Assembly (NCBI RefSeq): GCF_004010195.1
Contig: NC_057752.1
Coordinates: 4,518,390-4,538,389, forward strand
Length of the DNA stretch: 20,000 nucleotides
Origin: Chiloscyllium plagiosum
Lineage: Eukaryota
Reading direction: 5' to 3'
Part shown: in pieces, positions 1 to 9,060 of the stretch
Numbering within the stretch: the stretch's first letter is position 1
How the letters are laid out: each line of letters begins with the position of its first letter
Translations under genes and position numbers: made by a program
The notes under the pieces: generated by a model
Databases searched by the model: none
Seen by the model: only the letters and a program-made list of their open reading frames with translations
What the model was told of the DNA's origin: nothing

Positions 1-278
1 TGAATTTCTCGACTTGTTTTTATTTCAGATTCCTAGTATCTGCTTAATTTTGACTTTATTAAAGTTAGGTCTGTGATGTGCCAATGACTACATTGGTTTC
101 ACAAGCACTACAGTTCTACTCAAACTGGGTGTGCACTTTCTAATCGCCAATTTACCCATTGAAATACCCTTTCTGCTCTACAATTACATTGTAACTTAGC
201 CAGGATTCAGGCATTTCTCCATGTTCCCTGACTGCAGACAGTTGCAAAACTGGGAGCATAACTCAGTTCTGATTACTC

Positions 279-459
279 TCCAACAGGTTTAATTGGAAGC
301 ACACTAGCTTTCGGAGCGCTCCTTCATCAAGTGATCACCCGATGAAAGGGCATCGCTCCGAAAGCTAGTGTGCTTCCAATTAAACCTGTTGGACTATAAC
401 CTGGTGTTGTGTGATTTTGAACTTTGTACACCCCAGTCCAACACCGGCATCTCCAAATC
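279..459. mobile_element. Short palindromic Penelope-derived element, family A (inverted pseudo-LTR pair plus tail)
   Basis: Inverted repeat 279-318 / 354-393. The right arm continues to ...ttgaacttt plus a 34-nt tail gtacaccccagtccaacaccggcatctccaaatc. Same sequence as the PLE terminus at 10745-10830. Degenerate TSD ctgattactctc (269-280) / ctgatgattctc (460-471). Both hammerhead cores are mutated (TTGATGA, CCGATGA). Confidence 0.85.
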
Positions 460-626
460 CTGATGATTCTCAGCAGGTATTGGTCCCATCCAGCTATAGC
501 TACACTTTCCATCTAAAAGTAAACCACTGTAAAGGCGTTGCTCTTAATGTGATTCACTCAGCAGTCCTGTGATTTGCAATCCTGCTGGTATATATAATTT
601 TATCTGAATGCGTTTGTGGTTTTCAG

Positions 627-726
627 AACAGGATGTTATGCAAATATATCTGCGACTTGCCAAGGGCTATCAGAACAACAGCGATCAGCATGTTGTTTAA
701 AGGGGATGAAAGGCAACACCTGCTGA
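627..726 (+). other. Possible terminal coding exon of an upstream gene (unidentified)
   Basis: Acceptor gtttgtggttttcag|AAC at 626/627 in non-repeat sequence. Short open frames QDVMQIYLRLAKGYQNNSDQHVV* (stop 698-700) or Cys-rich TGCYANISATCQGLSEQQRSACCLKGMKGNTC*. AATAAA downstream at 1577-1582. No homolog recognised. Confidence 0.25.
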
Positions 727-1745
727 ATTCGCATGTTGCCAAGGTGCCTGTTTGAGCAGAGTCCTCGGCGATAACATGCACTAACACTACACCCCTGAAT
801 ACGCTTTGATCCTTGTCTTGCTGAATTTACAAAATGCAAAGTATGAAGTCACACCTTCTTTTAGAAGCCATACGTATGTCGAGAATCAGGATTTCTCACA
901 CAAACGGAACCACCTGAACATCTTCTCAGCCTTCAATGTAAATCAATTTATCTACCCTTAAGATGCCAAGTTCAAGTAGGTAATAGTCAGCAAAAGTTTC
1001 GTTCGATTGAAGTGTGTGGGTTAGTTGAAAAAGCCTAAAAAAAACGCTGACAGTCATCTTCCCGTCCAGAGTGATGTGGCCTGCCGATGACAGTAATGTT
1101 AACACTTACAGCGCAAAGTGTAAACCCTCATGCATCAATAACATTCTCCAGTATATCCACTCATGGCCGGCAGGGGGACTTCTTATACTGGCTTCCCAGA
1201 GATTAGAAACACGCTAATGAGATGGCAGAAACAAAATGACCTCCAGTTTTCACAGTGTTGATGTGGAAAACAATAATGGTGCCTGCTCTACTGTTGACTG
1301 CTCCTTTAACCAGCTTTATTCCAAGCTAAGCATAAACAATCTCGCATTCAACTCTGGGAAAGACCACTGTCTGCAGTCTTTCTGCCAAAGTACAAGGCTC
1401 CATTCAATTATCAAACCCTCTCATTGCCTCAAAATAAATTGTATCCTGTATGAGTAGACAATGCCTTTGGTTGCAACTGCAGGGAATGTCCAATTCCAGT
1501 GTTTGCTTTCCTTTGTATGCAAAGACTATACAAAACTGTTTTAGTACCTTGTGTATGTATCTAAGGATTTTTTATGAATAAAGTATATTTTTGCAATTAA
1601 AACATTTGTTGCTGTCTGCTATATCTCTGAGCTCATGTGAAGGACATTCAGGATTGACATTTTAATTTTCTGACTGGTTTAACTAATCTCTATAGTCAGA
1701 ATGTTCCCCTGCACATTCAGTTTTCGGAGCTGCCAGATCCCACAA

Positions 1746-1809
1746 TTTCCTGCTTTCATGTCCTAATTATATTGTTGCAACAATATAATTAGGACATGAA
1801 AGCAGGAAA
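1746..1809. repeat. Perfect 64-bp palindrome with no spacer
   Basis: tttcctgctttcatgtcctaattatattgttg|caacaatataattaggacatgaaagcaggaaa: 32/32 complementary, centre between 1777 and 1778. Confidence 0.97.
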
Positions 1810-2022
1810 CAGTAGTCTGCCTTCTGCCAAAGGCATTAACTGGTGCTAGGGTAAATTTCATCTGTTAGCTGGGCTAAGGGAGGGCTATCTGGTACTTCGA
1901 TCACATCAGGGGCATCACGACTGAACCTAGTTCTGCCATCAGTCAGCTGGAGGAGGTGAGCTGGAACAAAAAACGTATAGAAGGCTGTATCGTGAAGCAG
2001 CCAACAATGCCTTTCAGGCTTT

Positions 2023-2227
2023 GATTTGGAGATGCCGGTGTTGGACTGGGGTGTACAAAGTTAAAAATCGTACAACACCAGGTTATAGTCCAACAGGTTT
2101 AATTGGAAGTACACTAGCTTTCGGAGTAACTCTTCTTCATCAGGTGAAGGAGCGTCGCTCCGAAAGCTAGTGTGCTTCCAATTAAGCCTGTTGGACTATA
2201 ACCTGGTGTTGTGTGATTTTTAACTTT
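2023..2227. mobile_element. Short palindromic Penelope-derived element, family A, with 12-bp TSD
   Basis: 34-nt tail (2023-2056), then inverted arms 2057-2126 / 2158-2227. Flanked by perfect direct repeat tttcaggctttg (2012-2023 and 2226-2237). Confidence 0.9.
2112..2146 (-). ncRNA. Minimal hammerhead ribozyme motif (stem II degenerate)
   Basis: Minus strand reads CAC CUGAUGA agaagaguuacucc GAA AGCU A GUG. Core nucleotides intact, stem II altered. Confidence 0.55.
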
Positions 2228-2364
2228 TCAGGCTTTGTGCCTGGTGTATATTTGCAACTTGTGATCTGAGATAGCACAGGTCACAGTTCATTGTACACCC
2301 TATTTGCAAAGAGATACTGGAAGAGTGAGTCAACAGAGTTGACTCCACAAGCTGACACCTTCAT

Positions 2365-2845
2365 TCCCCGCTTGCCTGGATGGGTGTGGCTCAAACAACA
2401 CTCACAAAGCTTGATACCATCCAGGACAAAGCAGCCCCAGTTTTTTGGCACCCAATCCATCATCACTGACACACAGTGGCAGGAGTAAATACCAAGATGT
2501 ATTGCAGTAACTCGCTGAGGCACCTTTGGCAGCACCTTCCAAATCTGTGACCTCTACCACCTAGAGGGACAAGGGCAGCAGGTACATAGGAACACCACCC
2601 CCTACAAATTCCCCTCTAAACCAAACACCATCCTGACTTGGAAATACATTAGCCATTCCTTCCATTAGCCAGGTTCAAAATCCTGGAATTCCCTTCCTAA
2701 CAGCACTGTGGTTTTACCCGCACCACATATGGACTGCAGTGGTTTATGAAGGCAGCTCACCACCATTTTCTTAAAGGCAGGTAGTGATGGGCAACAAATT
2801 CTGGCCCAGCCAGGGACACACATATCCAATGGAATAACATATAGA
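2365..2845 (+). mobile_element. Degenerate 3' end of CR1/L2-clade LINE
   Basis: Decayed ORF2 C-terminus (cttgcctggatg..., aagcttgataccatccaggacaaagcagcc = KLDTIQDKAA, aaaatcctggaattcccttcct = KSWNSLP) and 3'UTR gatgggcaacaaattctggcccagccag. Confidence 0.7.
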
Positions 2846-2929
2846 AATGATCTGGCTGAACCATCAGGAATAGAGTCAGTAAAGCATTAGACCCTTTCAA
2901 ACTGATCAGACTTAGCTACAGTATGGAGT

Positions 2930-3050
2930 GCTGAGATCTCAGTGGATTATGGTGGTGGAGATTACAGAGATAGGAAGGGGACAAAGCCATGAAGGGATTT
3001 GGAGGTGGAGAATTTAAAAACTTCGGTGTTACTGGACCAAGTGTCAATAT
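2930..3050 (-). mobile_element. L2-like LINE fragment
   Basis: Reverse complement (ttttaaattctcc...aaatcccttcatggc...ctatctctgtaatct) resembles 4168-4240 in this window. Confidence 0.5.
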
Positions 3051-3057
3051 ATATTGG

Positions 3058-3345
3058 AGGGGCAGCATGGTGGCTCAGTGGTTAGCACTGCTGCCTTGGG
3101 ACCCAGGTTCGATTCCAGCCTCGGGTAACTGTCTGTGTGGACTTTGCACGTTCTCCTGTGTCTGTGTGGGTTTCCTCTGGGTGCTCCTGTTTCCTCCCAC
3201 AGTCTAAAGATATGCAGGTTAGGAAGATTGGCCATGCTAAATTGCCCGTAGTGTCCAGGGATGTGCAGTATAGGTGGATTAACCATGGGAAATGCAGAGT
3301 TACAGGGATGGTGTGGATCTGGTGGGATGCTCTTTTGAAAGTCAC
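3058..3345 (+). mobile_element. HE1-type tRNA-derived SINE
   Basis: Pol III A box TGGCTCAGTGG (3071-3081), B box GGTTCGATTCC (3106-3116), core gggtttcctctgggtgctcctgtttcctcccacagtc, ggccatgctaaattgccc. Homologous to the copies at 7834 and 14288. Confidence 0.88.
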
Positions 3346-4164
3346 GGAAGGGTAGAGATAAGAGGCCATAAAATGGTGCAAAGACCAAGTGATGTGAGGC
3401 AACATCTTTAAGGTGATCTCACAGTGTCTGCCATACATTTGGTGCTTCACTCACGAACAAACTGCTGCACACCCTGCAGCATAACTAGGGCATTCAGTTT
3501 TGAGGATAAGTAGTAATTTAATGCGAGTAAAGTGACTAAGAATTGAAAAGTATTCATTTACAACCTGATAGCAATTAGATGGGGGATTATTGGATGTCAA
3601 TCAAATATGGTTTGAACCTGACAATCACATTCCTCAGGTGACATTCCGTGGTTTAAAAGATGTCTGAAGCTGATTGTTCCACAGGAATTTTGACCAACAG
3701 TTGTAATCAATCCTGTTTGTAACCAGATACTTATATAACTTAGAGAAAAAAAAGGTTGAAGAACATAGCATGACTCCTCTTGATGTTCCACATATTTCTC
3801 ATTCTTTTAAACTGAAGCCTCACTAGTTTAATAGTGCTATCACCTTGACTGCTGTGCAGAGATGAGGTCAAAGAACCTTTCTTTATCTATTTTGCTGTTA
3901 GCGCTGAAAGACCTGTAATATTTTCCGTCATTGGTAGCCCCAACCCCGCACCCCTGATGCTCTGAAGGAGGTGACTTCTGCTGGGTTCAGGTTCACAGAT
4001 ACTAAAAGCATCCTGATACCTAAATCACTTGCATGGTCATTCCTCATATCTGATCTCAGACAATGTTAACAGGCACCACAGACAAGCCCAATCTTCTCCT
4101 CACCCAGTAGCTACATGTATGCACTTTCCAGCAGAGCACAGTGAATTTGTTCGGAGAAAAACTA

Positions 4165-4500
4165 ATTGATTTAAAATTTCTCATACCTTGTTTTCAAATC
4201 TTCCATGGCCCTTTCTTTCACTATTTATGCAACCTTTTGCAGTTCTACATTCTCTGTATTTCTCCAATTCTGACCTCGAAAGCATCCACAATTTTAATCG
4301 CTCCACCACTAGTGTCTGTGCTGCTGCCTTTAAACTCTGGAATACCCTCCCTAAACTTCTGCCTTTTATTTTCTCCTTTAAGTCCTTCCTTAAAACTTAT
4401 CTCAGTGACAATTCTTTTTGGTCATCTGTCCTAATATCTCCATATATATCAAACGTAATACTCCCATGAAGCAACTTGGGACTTTTATATAGTGTCCTTA
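4165..4500 (+). mobile_element. L2-like LINE 3' end (degenerate)
   Basis: gatttaaaatttctcatacc...ttcaaatcttccatggcc (FKIL..FKSLHG-like), aaactctggaataccctccct (KLWNTLP), ttccttaaaacttatctc (FLKTYL). Confidence 0.65.
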
Positions 4501-4518
4501 ACTTATTAAAATGCTGGT

Positions 4519-5108
4519 TATAGAATCATAGAGATATACAGCTTTGATCCAACTCATCCATGCTGAGCAGAGATCCCAAATAAATCGAGTTCCATTTGCC
4601 AGCACTTGGCCCATATCCCTCTAAACCCTTCCTATTCATATACCCATGCAGATGCCTTTTAAATGCTTTAATTGTACCAGCCTCCACCACATCCTCTGGG
4701 AGTTCATTCCATACATGCACTACCCTCTGCGTGAAAAAAATGCCCCTTAGGTCCCTTTTAAATCTTTCCCCTCTCATCTTAACCCTATGCCCTCCAGTTT
4801 TGCACTCCCACACCCGTGGGAAAAGACCTTGTCGATTCCTGCTGAAGGGCTTTTGCCTGAAACGTCGATTCTTCTGCTCCTCAGCTGCTACCCGAGCTGC
4901 TGTCCGTTTCCAGCACCACACTCTTGAGTCTGATCGCCAGCATCTGCAATCCTCACTTTCTCCACCTTGTCTATTTACCCTATCCATGCCCCTCATGATT
5001 TCATAAACCTCTATAAGGTCACCCCTCAGCCTTCGACGCTCCAGGGAAAACAGTTCCAGCCTATTCAGCCTCTCCCTATAGCTCAAACCCTGGCAACATC
5101 CTTGTAAA
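4519..5108 (-). mobile_element. CR1/HER1 LINE 3' fragment, interrupted by a PLE-derived insert
   Basis: ORF SYRERLNRLELFSLERRRLRGDLIEVYEIMRGMDRV...FFTQRVVHVWNELPEDVVEAGTIKAFKRHL is a typical CR1 ORF2 C-terminus. 3' tail ctctatgattcta. Confidence 0.92.
4834..4963 (+). mobile_element. Single-arm Penelope-derived element, family B, nested in CR1
   Basis: Flanked by perfect TSD accttgtc (4826-4833 / 4964-4971). Starts with a hammerhead-like core CTGCTGA-a-GGGC-tttt-GCCT-GAA-ACGT-C (4839-4866, one core substitution). Ends with tail ...cagcatctgcaatcctcactttctcc. Confidence 0.87.
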
Positions 5109-5335
5109 CTAGTTGTTAATTTTCTCCTCTCATGGGCAATGTATAGCTAATGAAGTGAACAGACCACTCTTTCTCTATCTTCTATGATTCTTTGGGGCAT
5201 TTTTTCTTATAGCTTTAAGTGTGAAAAGCTAATTTATATACAACACTTCCAGAAATTCTAGTGCTATTCACTTTAGTACCTTGGCCACAGTCTTTTAGAA
5301 GGATAGCATGGATGAGGGTATTCAGTTCTGTGTAA

Positions 5336-5455
5336 AGTTCTGATGAACTTTCACTGGCCCAAAAGGTTCATATTCAATCTCTCTCCACAGATCGTGCCTG
5401 ACCTGCTGAGTGTTTCTAGCATTTTCTTACTTCGAACATCTGGAGCATTTTGCTC
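5336..5455 (+). mobile_element. Old, degenerate PLE-terminus remnant (related to family B)
   Basis: agttCTGATGA at 5336-5346, followed by ...ctctccacagatcgtgcctgacctgctgagtgtttctagcatt, similar to gatgctgcctgacctgctgcgcttttccagca of family B. Confidence 0.5.
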
Positions 5456-6198
5456 TTGGTCAAAGTAGAATATTAATTGTGTGGTTCATTATTTCGCTTC
5501 CAGCATGCAGGTTTCCACTTCTAATGACCTGGTCTTTTTCTGAAAATAGTGTTTTTTGTGACCAGCATATAAATTGAAAACAATGGCGAAAGAGCCTGAT
5601 TTGTAACATGTTTGTGACGAAGGCCAGAATATTTCGTGATTCCATACATCTTATTGTGTTGTTTAATAATCGCAGTAGAATGCCCTGGTGAAAGGTTAGA
5701 GTGGTTGGAGAGTTTAAGAACACATATTCAAAAAAATCAAAGTTTCAGCATTTAAGATGATTCACCTGTTAATACATGTTGGACAATGCATTTGTAAACA
5801 TCATTGTTCGTAATGCTATTTTATGGAAGTGCTATTACAGGTATTTGTTTGCGGCCATATAATTTATGCTGGTACACTACTTCATTTGTAATTCCTTTGG
5901 GGCAGTAGGGTGGGGACCAGGGAAAGCACCCCACCGAGACCACAGTTCTCAATCGGACGAATTCAAACGCAAGAGCTTCCATTGCTTCAGCAACCAATAC
6001 CTTCATTCAGATGCCTCCAACTGTTTGATTGATGCCTCATTCATTTTCTTGTTCATCCCGGTGAACTTATGTGCCCATGATTTTGGGAGCCTTTGCCAAA
6101 CCTGAGATAACCAATGAGCATTGACCTACACCTTGGGAGTTGCCAAGCTATAGCTTGCATGTGGCTCTTTTACACAAAAGATAGGGCTGTCAAAACTA

Positions 6199-6420
6199 AA
6201 TAGGTTCTTCTGCTGTAGCGCGTTTTGTTAACGCGAATTCGCTATAATGCGATTGACGAATCGGGGCCACTGTTTCTAAAGCGCAAACTTTTTAAACATG
6301 TGTTGGCTGTAACGCAATTGCATCGCCAACACTTTAAGTGCTGATTCTAAAGGGCAATTTTTCTGTAATGCGGGGTTTCTGCAAGAATGCAGCCATTGCG
6401 TTGTAGAAGAACTACCACTA
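6199..6420. mobile_element. Tigger/TcMar-like non-autonomous DNA transposon (MITE) remnant
   Basis: Imperfect terminal inverted repeats (ggttcttctgctgtagcgc ... gcgttgtagaagaactacc), TA at the ends, internal hairpin tgttggc...gccaaca (6301-6331), CpG-richer than its flanks. Confidence 0.55.
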
Positions 6421-6744
6421 TGGGTGCAACTCATCCTCAATCTCAACCACTGCAAAATGCCCTCCTCACAATTTACATAGGTACTAAGCAGGAAAGGTAT
6501 ATTAACACATTCTATTCAGGGAAATAGTGAGAGCTGCAGTAAGTTTTTATTGCAGCTGTTGAAATGTATTCCTGTGACATGACCACTGCAGTCAGTTATG
6601 GTACAGCACCGCCAGTCTGAACAGCCACAATAATTTTGATAATTAATTCCTGTGGGAATCACGGTCGTGAGTGGTAGGAGACGATTAAATAACTATGGAA
6701 AGATGGTGGTTTATTGGTAATGTTACTGGACTACTATTCCAGAA

Positions 6745-6909
6745 GAGAGAAAGTGAGGGCTGCAGATGCTGGAGATCAGAGCTGAAAATGTGTTGCTGGA
6801 AAAGCGCATGAGCCCTTCCTGAAGAAGGGCTCATGCCCGAAACGTTGATTCTCCTGTTCCTTGGATGCTGCCTGACCTGCTGCGCTTTTCCAGCAACACA
6901 TTTTCAGCT
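6745..6909. mobile_element. Short palindromic Penelope-derived element, family B
   Basis: 35-nt tail 6745-6779. Perfect inverted repeat agctgaaaatgtgttgctggaaaagcgca 6780-6808 / 6881-6909. Inner hairpin 6806-6836. TSD ctactattccagaa (6731-6744) / ctagtattccagaa (6908-6921). Confidence 0.9.
6816..6850 (+). ncRNA. Minimal hammerhead ribozyme motif
   Basis: UUC CUGAAGA a GGGC ucau GCCC GAA ACGU U GAUU. All core positions conform, palindromic ACGU stem III, stem I weak. Confidence 0.7.
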
Positions 6910-7156
6910 AGTATTCCAGAAACTGAGACTCGTGTTTTAGGGACATGGGTTTGAATTCCACCATAGCAGATAGAGAAATTTGAATTCAGGTAAAAATCTG
7001 CAATTAAGCACTGGACTAACGGAGACCGTCTAACCACTCTCGATTGTCATAAAAGCCGTATGGTTCACTAATCTTCTTTAGGGAAGGAAATCTGCCATCC
7101 TTACCTGTTCTGGCCTACAGCCCCACCCAATGTGGTTGAAGCCTGAAAGTACTGTA

Positions 7157-7500
7157 CAGCCAATGAAGTACTTTTAAAATGTAGTCATTGTTGTATTGTA
7201 GAATACACAGCAGTCAATTTGCACACAGTACAATCCCACAAACAGCAATGGGATAATGGCCAGATAATCTCATCTTGTGATTTGTATGAGCAAGTAATAT
7301 TCGCAAGGACACCAGAAAGAACACCCTTGCTTTTCTTCCCAATTGTATCAGGAAATCTTTTACTTTCGTTTGAGAGGGGAGACAGAACCTTGGGTTTAAC
7401 ATCTTACACAAAGCAAAATGCAACATGCCCTGAATACTGCATTAGATTGTTAACCGAGAAGTTTGTACTCAGGACTCTGGAATGGGACTTGAACCATAAA
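7157..7500 (-). mobile_element. Deu-domain SINE (SacSINE1/AmnSINE-like), degenerate
   Basis: Reverse complement contains cattgctgtttgtgggattgtactgtgtgcaaattgactgctg and gactacattttaaaagtacttcattggctg. Homologous to 12248-12325. Confidence 0.65.
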
Positions 7501-7509
7501 ATCAGGGGG

Positions 7510-7635
7510 CCATTGCTGTTGGTGGGAACTCACTGTGAGCAACTTGGTTGCTGTATTTCCGAAATGACAACAGTGACTACATTTCAAATGCACTTCACTG
7601 ATTGTAGAACATTTTGAGGGAGTCTTGTGGTTGTG
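7510..7635 (+). mobile_element. Deu-domain SINE 3' fragment
   Basis: cattgctgttggtgggaactcactgtgagcaacttggttgctg...acagtgactacatttcaaatgcacttcactgattg. Confidence 0.6.
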
Positions 7636-7778
7636 CCTCTCAGAGGAGAACTGCCCTCTCTCTGCCTTGGTGGCTTCATTTTAACCTGAACAAGTATTAA
7701 CCTCAGAACAACAGCATCTTTAAATAACCTATAATAACTGCACTTTCCTACACTGGCTGGCAACAGATAAAGCGGGAG

Positions 7779-7832
7779 GAAATTAAAAGACCTTTGAATT
7801 TTTCAAGTGAAATTAAAAGACCTTTGAATTTT
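7779..7832 (+). repeat. 24-bp direct tandem duplication (30-bp period)
   Basis: gaaattaaaagacctttgaatttt at 7779-7802 and 7809-7832. Confidence 0.95.
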
Positions 7833-7833
7833 C

Positions 7834-8142
7834 GCACGGTGGCTCAGTGGTTAGCACTGCTGCCTCACATCGCCAGAGACCCGGGTTCAATTCCAGCCTC
7901 GGGTGACTGACTGTGTGGAGTTTGCACATTCTCCCCGTGTCTGCGTGGGTTTCTTCTGGGTGCTCCGGTTTCCTCCCACAGTCCAAAGATGTGCAGGTCA
8001 GGTAAATTGGACATGCTAAATTCCCTGCAGTGTTAGGTGGATTAGTCAGGTGTAAATATGGAGGGGGGGTTCTCTTTGGAGGGTTGGTGTGGACTGGTTG
8101 GGTCGAAGGGCCTGTTTCCACACTGCAGGGAATCTAATCTAA
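7834..8142 (+). mobile_element. HE1-type tRNA-derived SINE, near full length
   Basis: A box 7840-7850, B box GGTTCAATTCC 7884-7894, LINE-derived tail gggtcgaagggcctgtttccacactg, terminal (aatct)n. Confidence 0.9.
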
Positions 8143-8443
8143 ATTCGCTTTTACAATTACCATTCATCTGGTTAAAAAGAAGCAAACCTCGATCATCCCA
8201 TTCTAATCCCTTTGCAATCAAATCAATCTCAAATGTTGGGAAGCCTTGCTTTAGAGATTTAAGGTTTTCAAAATAAAACTGTCAGTTTTGATTCAACTTT
8301 ACACATCAAGGGAATGATCATTTACAGTCTTTAATCCAGCTCAGCCATTCAACGCAGATTGTCAGGAGTAAATGCTCCAGGTATACACTTACAATTTTAC
8401 AATGGTTGCATTGTCTTCACCAAGGGTACGGACATCAGCAATA

Positions 8444-8628
8444 GGTGAAAGTGAGGACTGCAGATGCTGGAGATCTGACAGCAGGTCAGGCAGCATCCCA
8501 GGAGCAGGAGAATCGACGTTTCGGGCATAAGCCCTTCATCAGGAATGGCTTATGCCTGAAACGTCGATTCTCCTGCTCCTGGGATGCTGCCTGACCAGCT
8601 GTGCTTTTCCAGAACCACACTCTCGACG
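8444..8628. mobile_element. Short palindromic Penelope-derived element, family B
   Basis: Tail ggtgaaagtgaggactgcagatgctggagatc. Inverted arms ~8479-8533 / 8547-8601. Degenerate TSD acatcagcaata (8432-8443) / acattaacaata (8630-8641). Confidence 0.88.
8511..8546 (-). ncRNA. Minimal hammerhead ribozyme motif, intact core
   Basis: Minus strand AUUC CUGAUGA a GGGC uuau GCCC GAA ACGU C GAUU, with the canonical GUC cleavage triplet. Confidence 0.78.
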
Positions 8629-8888
8629 TACATTAACAATACCCTATTTTTCTTTGGGGCTTGGTGCTAAAGTCCACTTCCACTCAAGCAAAGCCATCCC
8701 TGCTTGGTGGAGCCTCCTTCTGCCTTCTGCAGCAGGGCATGGGAGGGGAAAATGGGTCAGTAACACAGGCATCTGAGAATTTGTGTCCTCCCATCCTGCC
8801 ATTTACGTGTAGTCAGACCTAGCTTGGTTGATGATAAGAAGGACGCTCCCTGTTAAATCCTTCCTGTCCATCTGATTGCCTCTCTATG

Positions 8889-9060
8889 TTGCCCTCAAGG
8901 TGGCTGCAGTGGAAGTGACCATTGCCCACTTTCGCTGGACTATGCCTTTGCAAAGAAGGTCTGGGAAGAAAGAGATGCGGGGGTTTTGTCAAGGTTCATC
9001 CTGAGCAACTCTGTAATGCATGGGCTGTTGTCAGTGACACACACTGAGACATGTAATTGG
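8889..9060 (+). mobile_element. Tx1/L1-like LINE fragment (C-terminal zinc-knuckle region)
   Basis: Frameshifted CPQGGC..TIAH...AFAKKVW, resembling the CCHC motif of L1/Tx1 ORF2. Confidence 0.5.

Larger units (their letters stand above)
6702..7140 (+). mobile_element. tRNA-derived SINE (second family), interrupted by a family B insert
   Basis: tRNA-like head ggtaatgttactggacta...tccaga, B-box-like gggtttgaattcca (~6947-6960), body ggttcactaatcttctttagggaaggaaatctgccatccttacc. Confidence 0.65.

Noticed and set aside
279..2227. Palindromic repeats as a CRISPR array or DNA-transposon MITEs
   Set aside because: No regular repeat-spacer period and a eukaryotic context. Asymmetric tails, variable-length TSDs and identity with a PLE terminus indicate retroelement origin.
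3058..3125. tRNA gene
   Set aside because: A and B boxes are present, but this is a SINE head without a complete cloverleaf, followed by the SINE body.
2989..3450. Overlapping ORFs across the SINE (also 7813-8121 and 14306-14593)
   Set aside because: Spurious translations of HE1 SINE sequence.
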